NCBI RefSeq assembly: GCF_037042905.1
Contig: NC_087251.1
Coordinates: 47,742,001 to 47,806,000 of the forward strand
Direction: 5' to 3'
From: Lytechinus pictus
Lineage: Eukaryota
DNA length: 64,000 nt
The position numbers were made by a program, and so were the translations under genes. Position 1 is the first letter of the stretch, and each line of letters begins with the position of its first letter. Shown here piece by piece: positions 25,011 through 35,239 of this stretch. The notes below the pieces were generated by a model, which worked only from the letters and a program-made list of their open reading frames with translations, made no database searches and had not been told where the DNA came from.

Positions 25011-26813
25011 GGTTTCAATTTTGACAGAAGGAGAACGAACGAGACAGAACTTTTCCTTTTTTGAGGGTCCAGTTTGTGCCTTGATGTCAGGATTCTGTGT
25101 CTCCAGATAGTCCTTCACACAGTAAATTGTCCATAGACTGGGTTCAACAGATAGACCGTCTCCGCTAAGCGAATCGGAGACCGCTGATAGGTCAATCGCG
25201 CAGATCGTGTCATGACTACGTGGTCGCCCAAAAAATTCCTTCAGACTGCGTGCGAAAGTATTGATAGCGATAACAATATCCGGTCACATTGTCTATGCGG
25301 GAAATGGTCTTGGTTCGTGATCGTATCGCTCCAAATTCGATCGAAAATTATCGAGACTCGACAATTTCATGCATATTCACGCGACGCTCAGAAACCCAGA
25401 AATCAATTGACTTTGTGCATGTTGCGATAGACTCTACAAACTCCAATGAACACAATGCCATATCGACGATAATTCGTAAGATTTCGACAGAAAAGCAAGA
25501 AGTAATCGAAATTCGCTTACCTGTGCAGTATAGGTGAGAAAATAGATCCTCTGAGAATACCTTTCATAATTCATATATAAAATATAGAAAAGTGAAATTC
25601 TAGGTCGATTTTGGTACGAGGTGATAGAGGATTGCACACTTCTTTTGGTGGAATATTGTGTGGGGCAATGGAAGGCTTGCACTGCGCTTGCTTACTACAT
25701 TTTCATTCATAAAATTGGATCTCGGCAGTGGCAGGATGACGTCATGTAATAAGCAAAATGTACACGCCCGCTAGCGTTGAACGCACCACTATCCGTTCTA
25801 TACAATTTGCCACTGTGCTTCATCCATATAATCGAGGTAAGTGCATAATTCATATTTTCCCCTTTTATTTTGAGTGCTATTGCGACCCCATTCTACCCCA
25901 TTTTGGAGAGCATATGTCCGCCTAGACCAAAAGCTTCAGTCTCTGTATTTTGGATGTTCCGCTGAACTGCGTTGGCTCCACTCACCAATACATAGACTGA
26001 AGAGTTGTTGGCCCGTACGTACAGACAACATATTAGCAGTGACGTTAGATCTTACATTCGGCGGAAACCCGATTTTGGATCGTTATTTTTTACATAAAAT
26101 GTCACATTATAAAAAAGAAATTACATCCAAACTTACGAAGAAAAAAAACCCATAAAATTCAGAAATATCGTACCTCAGACCGCAGTTACTGCTAATTCTT
26201 TTCAAATGATGATAAAAACATAGTCATCTTCAATCCTTTCGTTGGTCTACGTAAGTTGCCATCTTGGATGACGCTGTCATCCTTACAGACGTATTTACCA
26301 GTCGCTATATATCGCAATTTGTGCCACTGCTTTGCGCTTAAGTGTAGATGTGCGTGCGTTCGAAATTTGTCTCTCGCATTGATTGGCCAGGATATCGAAA
26401 ATTTAATCGGAAAGCCTTGATAAAAGAACAACTCATTAAACGTAGAGGGCAGCAACACACGGCTGCCATTATTTCCTCTCCGGCAGAAAAATAAGGAATA
26501 AATCATCGGTAACATATATTTATATATATGTAAAGTAACAAAAGAAAGATTAGAGTCTAACGAATATAGTGAGCCTTCGTTCAAGATAATGGATTTAGAA
26601 TTTAAAAAAAAAATCTAAAAAGTTAGATAAAACCCGGTCGCCCGAATTGGTGGACCTGATTACACATGCAGGCTCGCACTAACACACTACTGTCAGTGAA
26701 TGGGATTATAGTAAAATGTCAAAAATTAAGCTTGTAACCGATTTTAAAATCAGCTCCCGATTTTACCACAGTCGGCGATCACCCTCCGATCTTCGAACAT
26801 GCCCCTTGAAGGA

Positions 26814-27785
26814 AACAAGTGGAATGCCTCTGGCGGTCTCATCTGCATCACGCGATTCAATATAGCAGCAGTGCTGACTTTGAAAACTACTATCAAATAA
26901 TTATTCACAAAAAACACCATTCATATAATGAAACAATACTACGTTCATTGACACTTAACCTTGATCATGTGACCTAAAACTTGTCAGTGAAACTTGATTA
27001 CCCCTATATCCACATTTTATACACTATATCTATAAAATTTGAAAGTTATGACAGCAATCTAATAATTACCTCTAAAATGGCCAAAGTTCAATGACCTTAC
27101 ATGACCTTTGACCTTGATCATGTGACGCGAAACTTGTACAGGATGTTCAGTGATACTTGATTACTCTTATGTCCAAGTTTCATGAATCAGATCCATAAAC
27201 TTTCAAAGTTATGATGGTAATTCAACAGATACCCCCATTATGGCCAAAGTTCATTGACCTTTGACCTTGGTCATGTGACCTGAAATGCGCACAGGATGTT
27301 CAGTGATACTTGATTACTCTTATGTCCAAGTTTTATGAACTAGACCAATAAACTTTCAAAGTTATGATGGTAATTCAACAAATACCCCCAACTTGGCCAA
27401 AGTTCATTGACCTTAAATGACCTTTGACCTTAATCATGTGACCTGAAACTTGCACAGGATGTTCAGCGATACTTGATTACTCTTATGTCCAAGTTTCATG
27501 AATCAGATCCATAAACTTTCAAAGTTATGATGGTAATTCAACAGATACCCCCAATTTGGCCAAAGTTCATTGACCCTAAATGACCTTTGACCTTGGTCAT
27601 GTGACGTGAAACTCAAGCAGGATGTTCAGTGATACTTGATTAACCTTTGTCCAAGTTTCATGAACTAGGTCCATATATTTTCAAAGTTATGATGACATTT
27701 CAAAAACTTAACCATAGCTTAAGATTTGGTGTTGACGTCGCCGCCGCCGTCGCCTATAGTCTCACTCTGCCATGCAGGTGAGACA
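26814..27785 (-). mobile_element. Helentron-type non-autonomous element, copy 3
   Basis: Same ends and ~162-bp units. Confidence 0.8.
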
Positions 27786-27939
27786 AAAATTGGATATAAA
27801 AAATCGGCGTAGATCTAGTTACAGTGCGTGATCGTTCAGAACATATTTCAAGATTTTTTCTTGAGGTGCTGGCTATTTAGAGGTCGCATTAATCAGAAAG
27901 AAAGACGCGGTATTATCTCTGACGATGTTTACGAGGATA

Positions 27940-28400
27940 TATATCTTCTCTTCAACCTCGTGGTGATAGCAGACGCCGCCGTGAAATTTTAAAGGTCGTA
28001 TTACTGACGGAGCTCATTGCGCTACTCTCTTACACGTTCATGATGATAGACATCTTCTCTTCAACCGCGTGGTGATAGCGGACGCCGCCGTGAACTTTTA
28101 AAGGTCGCATTACTGACGGAGATCACTGCGCTTCTCTCTTACATCGTTCATGATGATAGACATCTTCTCTTCAACCTCGTGGTGATAGCGGACGCCGCCG
28201 TGAACTTTTAAAGATCGTACTACTGACGGAGCTCATTGCGTTACTCTCTTACATCGTTTATAATGATATACATCTTCTCTTCAACCTCGTGGTGATAGCG
28301 GACGCCACCGTGAACTTTCACAGGTCGTATTACTGATGGACATCACTGCGCTACTCTCTTACCTCCTTTATGATGATAGACATCTTCTATTCATCCTCAA
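27940..28400. repeat. Tandem repeat, ~4.2 units of ~110 bp
   Basis: catcttctcttcaacctcgtggtgatagcggacgcc at ~27942, 28051, 28161, 28271 and 28381. Confidence 0.92.
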
Positions 28401-29076
28401 TTACTTCGTCGGGAGATGCTTCTTTTATATTTCTTCTTGGATATCAAAAGTTAATTTCTCAAGATAGTAATAAATTGATTTGAAAACGCTAGCTCCCCAA
28501 AACATTTTAACAACATGTTCCGAATCATCGCGCGTGCTTGCGAATTCTTCTACATTTTAATTGCACTTGCGACTTTAAGATGATGCGTCGTACGAGATCA
28601 AGAGATCATTTCAAATAATTTTAAATCGCTAGCACCTAAAAAATATACTTATAAAAGATGTCCCGCCGATCGTTCATTAACCTGTGATCTATGATAATTA
28701 TTTTCATTTTATTTTCCTTTGCAACTTTGCTGGGAAGATGCGTCTTTCGTTTAACTTTCGAATAAAAATCACTTGGTTTATTTATAGCAGTAACACCTCA
28801 AAACCCCTTTAAAACATGTTCCAAACGATCGCGCATGTTGGCGACTTCCATTCCAATGCATTCGTCTTTGTGACTTTGTCAGGAATATGCGCGCGACCGC
28901 AAATAAAATTTTGATGTTTTCCTTTGTTTTTAGACATCGCCGATTCGATTTTCGAAGCTTAACTGCCAATCCGATTTTTGATCTGATGTTTTATCCGATT
29001 TACAACATTATCAGAAATTATTAAATAAATCCTCAGAAACGACGGTTATTCCTGTCTATTAAATGTCCGTATTACC

Positions 29077-30947
29077 AGGGCTCGACACTAGCACTTGTCC
29101 GACGGTCCCAGACTGGTAAAAATCGCTGTCGGGCCTGTAGATTTTCAGAAATAGCCAGATTTACTGGTCCGACATGACCAGTAAAAAACTCATTGTCGGG
29201 CCAGTAATTTTTCAAAAAAAAGCAAGATTTATGGCTCCGACATGACCAGGAATAAAAACCATTGTTTAGCCAGTAACTTTTCCAGAAATGGTCATATTCA
29301 CTGGTCCAACATTAACATAAAAAATATTCCATGACTCAAATTGCAAACCATTTTCCTCCCGTTAATTTCTGTCATTCACACACAATATACACACAGAATG
29401 AATTGCATGCAATTTTTACAAGGGGACTAGTATCTAGTATTATACAGTTTAGTGCACATGTACAGCCAGCCACACAGCCCACATGGTAAATTTTCTACTG
29501 GGCTGCACGAATGAAGCTTGGCTAACGTCTGGCAGAAATCTCTCACAGAACTGTCAAAATTCACATTCACACTAATGAAAAGCTCTTATAATGTCCATAT
29601 TTCCTAAAAATTGGGGTAACTCTGTCATTTGTAAGCAGTAAAAGGAGAAATTTTCACTTCTGTTTTAGTTCAAACAGATCGGGTTTCGAGTGATATCGTC
29701 TGAATACATGATAGCCCCACATATGCATTTGTGTGTGTGTTGATACACTCGGTTTCTTCCGTCATAGGCATAGCTATATTTTAATTGAGCAAAAAAGAAA
29801 GTGATAATTTATTTATGATAGTTTTAGCTTTCTTCCTCAGTTTTCTTACTATCTTTCTTTCCTCCTTTCTTTTCAATCTCTCTTCGTTTCTTCCCTCTAT
29901 TCTTTCATTTTTTTATTAATGTCTTTCTTTTTTAATTTTCCTTTTTTCTTTGTCTTTTGTTCTTTCATTCTTTCTGTCCTTTAAAAAAATATTTTTCTCT
30001 TTCTTTCTTTTTGATTTCTTTCTTTCTTTAATTCTTGAGTCCATCCATCCTATATTTATATCTTCTTTCTTTCTTTCCTTCCTTCTTTTTACCCTTTCTT
30101 TCCTTCATTCTTTTTTACTCTCTTTCTTCCATCCATCCTTTCTTTACCCTTTCTTGTTCTTTATATCTTCCTTCTTTAAGCCCTTTCTCTCTCTTTCATT
30201 CATTCCATCCTTTGTCTTTTGTTCTTTCTTTCTTTTTTCCATCTTTCCTTTTACCTTTTCTTTCTTTTTTACTGCTTGCTTCCTTTCTTCTTTCCTTCAT
30301 TCCTTCCTTTCTTTGTCTTTTGGTCTTTTTTTCTTCCTTTCATCTATTTTTTACCTTTTTTATATTGCTTGTTTGCTTCCTTTTTTCCTTCATTCTTTTT
30401 TCCTATCTCTCATTTTACCTTTACTTTATTTCTTCCTTAATTTCTTTCTTCCTTCTTTCAATCCTTCGTTTATTTTTCCTTCCTTCCTCTCATTTTACCC
30501 TTTCTTTTTGTATTGCTTCTTTCCTTCATTACTTTCTGTCTTTTATTCTTTCTTTCTTTATTGCTTGCTTCATTTCTTTCCTTTCTTCCTTTTTTCTTTC
30601 GTTCTTTCTTTATTTTTGCTCTTTCTTTCCTTCCTTTACTGTCTTTAGTTCTTTCCTTTCTTCACATCTATCCTTTCGCTTTCTTTACCTTTTCTTTTTT
30701 TCTTCCTTTCTTTTAATTATTCTCTCTTTCTTTGCTTGTTTGTTTCTGTTCTGTCTTTCATTCCTTCATTTTTTTTTTTGGGGGGGGGAGTAACAGGAAA
30801 GGGCAGCAAAATAAACTTGCACCTTTTCTTAATTAATGTTTTAATTTTTTGGGACCAGTAAATAATGGAAAAACTGGGTATCTACTGCCCTGGTCCGACA
30901 TGAATAGGTTGGACCAGTAGAAAAAAAGGGTTAGTGTGGAGCAATGG
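29077..30947. mobile_element. Non-autonomous TIR element containing a ~950-bp CT-rich tract (29830-30780)
   Basis: Ends cagggctcgacacta / tagtgtggagcaatg; subterminal ggtccgacatga repeats at both ends; no clear TSD. Confidence 0.55.
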
Positions 30948-31966
30948 ATTACACGGACGAGTCCTGGGATCCGGCCCGCCGTACGGTATACGGTAGGTAC
31001 CTACGTACCTGTACTAGCTGTACGGTAGGCCGTGGCGCGGGCGCGATAGCGTGGCCGTTGCGTTGGCCGATTTGAGCAAAACTTGAGGGCCTTGGCGCAG
31101 GCCAGAATACTTGGCCATGGTTTGTAACTTTGCATAATCAATTAGTAAAAATAACTAATATACATACTTCCGATCTCTGTCCTTTCTTTCTCCACTCTGT
31201 ATTGTCGGCGGCATTTCGATTTAATGAGCAATAAAAGGGAAGAAAACCGACAGTAGATTTTGGGTTGGTGCAAACAAAAAAACATAGCACATGAAAATTG
31301 AACGATACACTGATTGTGCGATGTCCTCGAGTAAGCAAAAAAAAAAGCATTAATTACTCCCTCCTTGACAAATTACACATTTTCTTGTGTTTTGCAAACA
31401 AAATTAAACATCCTGACGAGACTGTTAAAAGATAATAATCAAGGAACAGATCAGATCAAAATAATATGAAATTCAGGGAAGAAAAAATTCTAATTAAGAA
31501 AATACAGGTATAATACAAAATCATTCCGTAAACAGTGGCGTAACAGGCGGGGGGGCCGCGGGGGCAAGCTGCCCCCCCTGGCGGATTTCACCGGGAAAAG
31601 AAAAGAAAAACGGGAAAAAGAAAAAAAGGAGGGAGAAAGAAAGAAAGGAAAAGGGGAAGGAAAGGGGAAAAGGAAAGGAGGAAAGGGAAAGGGAAAAGTG
31701 AAAAGAAAACGAAGAAAATCAGAAAAAGCAGGAAAATGTACGAAAGAAAATCAAAGAAGAACATTTGAGAAAGAACAAATCATTCCGAAATAGGCCTATG
31801 TAATGCAATAGCACGGTGGGCAATGAATTAAAAGATGACAAAATGGCAAACAATAGCGGGAAATGAAGGTAATGTTATTAGTCAAAAGCTAATGGAAAAC
31901 AAAGAAAAGGGACAAGAAAAAAAATAATAACATGACCGGGCTGCCGATGATTGAAATTAAAGAGCG

Positions 31967-34900
31967 CATAGGCGGATCCAGGGGGGGGGGGGCCGAGGGG
32001 CCCGCCCCCCCCCCCCCCCCCTATTGGCGGAGCAAAAAAGAAGAAAAGGACAGAAAGAAAAAAGGGAGGGAAAAGAGAGGAGAAAAAAGAAGAGGAGGAA
32101 GACGAGTTAATAAAATAAGATGAGGGAAAGACTTGAAAAATAAAAAGAATCTTTCATGTCACTATATAAAATTTTCGCTCGCGCTTCGCGCTCGCATTGC
32201 CTGTTAGGTGATTTTCATATCTTGTTCAATATGGAGTTCAAATATCAAGTTTGGAATTCAATATACACAACATATTTCACCTCGGAAATCGAACTTTCAT
32301 TATTTTGTGTGATTTACAAATTGATTTTTAAAATGTGCATTGTAAAAATTTCAGTTTTATGGTCTGAATATTAACATTATCTGCTCGCGCTGCACACTCG
32401 CAAATTTTGATTTATCAGGTACCTATTATTTTCGTGTATTCCGGCCAGTTTTCAAAATATCCCTTTTCAGGTCTGATTGTCAAAACGTATCAGCTAGCGC
32501 TGCGCTCGCATTTTGATTGGAGAGTTATGTATATGTCTCAATATTTGATTATACAACAAACTACTTAAAATCCCCATTTAATGACAGTTTATCAAAAAAA
32601 ATGGCTCGCGATTTGCGCTCGCATTAATGGTTAAAAATACATTAACTGATGCATCCTATTTATGATTACAAAAGTGCTTGAAATGTCGAGTTTTCAGGCC
32701 ATAATATCATCAAATTTCGTGCCCTCATTAGGCATTAATGAGTAAGATATTAATTTAGAAATTAAATTGTCCCTTTTATCTCGCGCTTAGCAAGAGGAAT
32801 ATGAAGATAGTCATCATTTTCATATGATGACATGTCCTAAGGATGTCCCGATCCTATATGTCAAAACTCAAAGTAATAATAATGGAACATATTAGATCTA
32901 TATTAAGTGCGATCTATATCCACCTCACAATTTTCTTACAAAGTGCTTGAAAAATAGAGCAAAAATTGACTTTTTTTCAGTCGGAATATCAAATAGTTTA
33001 ATATATTTAAATCATTATCCAGTTTCAGATCACGATATCAAAAATTTTCTGCTCGCGCTTTGTGCTCGCATTATCAAGGTAGGAAAATCCCTTATTACTC
33101 ATTCTTTTCATGATTTACAAAACATGAATAGAAGGAGAATGTCCTGTTTTTAGGTCTAAATCTCGATTTTTCCGCTCGCGCTTCGCTCTCGCATGAATTG
33201 TTTAGTTATATAGCTATCCTGTTCACGATTACAAAAATTAAAATTTTCCATTCTTTATTTATTTATTTATTAACAATATTTCAACAGGATACCCAACCAA
33301 CATAAAAATTGCTCTCCCTTGGGGTTCTGCATATTAAAAAAACAATCACAATATATCTTGTTATACACAGTAAAATTAACATGAGAAAATGTACATACAT
33401 TATGATAGAACATAATAGTTGAAGTCAAATATAAACGAAACTATAAATAACTATTAACTACGCACATCATTAGAAAGAAGGGTCTGTACATAGATCATAA
33501 TAGTCGAAATTGACATCGGAGATATCTACTATTGGAAAAAAGCTGCAACTGGATTTAAAGGTTATCTTTTAAATATTTCTTAAAAATTGAGAGGGAATTT
33601 ATGTTTTGAGATTCAGGTTGAAGACTATTCCATAATGAGACGGCTTGATAATGAAATGAGTGTTTGAATGATTCAATATGACATTTGGGGAAGTGTAACT
33701 TATTTTGTGAGGAACTTCTTGTACAGTGTGAGTGAATTTCTTTTCTAAAAGTAAATAGTTTGGACAGACATGTGGGAGCAATACTTTTCATACATTTGAA
33801 CATTAAAATAAATCTGAAAATACGAACTCTATCTTCAAATCTTTTCCAATCTAAGAGGGCAAATAAATTTTCCGAAGGGGTCAAGAAATGGGCATTTAAA
33901 ATAATCCTTGCAGCTCTTTTCTGTAATTTATTTAATCTTTCGGTATCTTCTTTGAATTTATCCCCACAGACAATACAACAATAATCTAGAATTGGCAAAA
34001 TCATAGCATTATATAGAGTGGGTAAAGTATTTTCATTGACACAACCTTTTAACCTTCGTAGGATACCCAACTTCCTGCTAACGTTATTGGCTACTTTAGA
34101 TACATGTTCTTTCCATGATAATTCATTATCAATAAGTATACCTAAACATTCAAAGGATTGGACTTGTATGATCTGGTGACCATTACAAATTATTTTTAAC
34201 TGAGATTCATTGGAATAAATAGAGTTTGCAAGTCGAACACGTGTACCAATAATCATACATTTTTTTTTTCATAATTCATCATCATACGGTTATCTTCTAA
34301 CCAGCAGGCTATATTTTCTAAATCCAATTGTAATTTATTTTGTATTTCAGCTAAACTATCACCTTCGGCATAAATAGATGTATCGTCTGCGTACATAACT
34401 ATTTTGGAGTGTTTCAATACATTAGGCATATCATTTATAAATATATTATTATATATTATGTAGAAATGTCAAAATGTTTCAGCTCGCGCTTCGCGCTCGC
34501 ACTATTTGATTGTTGAAATATGTAACGTCTTCATGGCTAAGTGCAAGCAGTCCATAACAGGTACCTTTTCGATCACTTTAAAATGTATACATATAAAAAC
34601 TTTCTGCTCGCACTTTGCGCTTGCATTATTAATGTAAGGAAGATCCCCAATTACTCATCCTTTTCATGATTTACAAAACATGAATAGATCGAGTGTCTCG
34701 TTCAGTAGGTCTCGGAATTTTCCGCTCGCGCTTCGCGCTCGCATCAATTGTTTAGTTATATACCTATTCTGTTTAAGTTACAAAAGTGCAAAGAATTTCC
34801 ATTCTGTAGGTAAAAATGTCCAAAAAATTTCAGCTCGCGCTTCGCGCTCGCATTATTTGATTTTTAAAGTATTTAACATCTTCATGGCTAATTGCAGCAG

Positions 34901-35239
34901 TCTTTAACAGGTACCTTTTCCATCAGTTCATTTCTGCTCGCGCTTCGCGTTCGTAGTATTTATTTGATTGCATATACATCTTTTCCAGGATAACAAACAT
35001 TGCCCAGAATGTTCAAATTTTAGGAAAAATACATTAAATTTCCCCAAAAAAATAGCTCGCGCTTCGCGCTCGGATATTATATACAGTATGTTGATTTATA
35101 TGAATAAAACTAAGAAGTGTCTATTAGGACTACCCCCTTCAAAGAAACCAAAAATCATCTTCGAGCGGCCGATCAGGGAAAATATGGCCGGAAAAAAAAT
35201 CTGGGCCCCCCCTATTGGCGAAGGCTTGATCCGCCCCTG
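31967..35239. mobile_element. hAT-like non-autonomous element with ctcgcgcttcgcgctcgc repeats
   Basis: TIR cataggcggatc / gatccgcccctg with a perfect 8-bp TSD AAAGAGCG (31959-31966 and 35240-35247). Confidence 0.88.
33253..34440 (-). mobile_element. CR1/L2-group LINE, 5'-truncated
   Basis: MYADDT motif near 34380-34396; C-terminal ORF with LGILIDNELSW, PILDYC and LWNSL; (TAAA)n tail. Confidence 0.9.

Larger units (their letters stand above)
24931..25085. repeat. Palindrome: 38-bp outer arms plus ~17-bp inner arms
   Basis: 24931-24968 is the reverse complement of 25048-25085 with 1 mismatch. 24975-24991 pairs with 25031-25047 with 2 mismatches. Confidence 0.95.

Noticed and set aside
26192..26584. 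130-aa minus-strand ORF upstream of PAF1
   Set aside because: No recognisable protein features and not in a frame that could splice to PAF1 exon 2.
27940..28400. CRISPR-like regular repeats (also 6100-6400 and 49195-50240)
   Set aside because: Whole units repeat with no unique spacers, the context is eukaryotic, and there are no cas genes.
29950..30793. Long F/L/S-rich ORFs (232 and 252 aa) and similar ORFs at 24090-24850
   Set aside because: Artefacts of stop-poor CT-rich low-complexity sequence.
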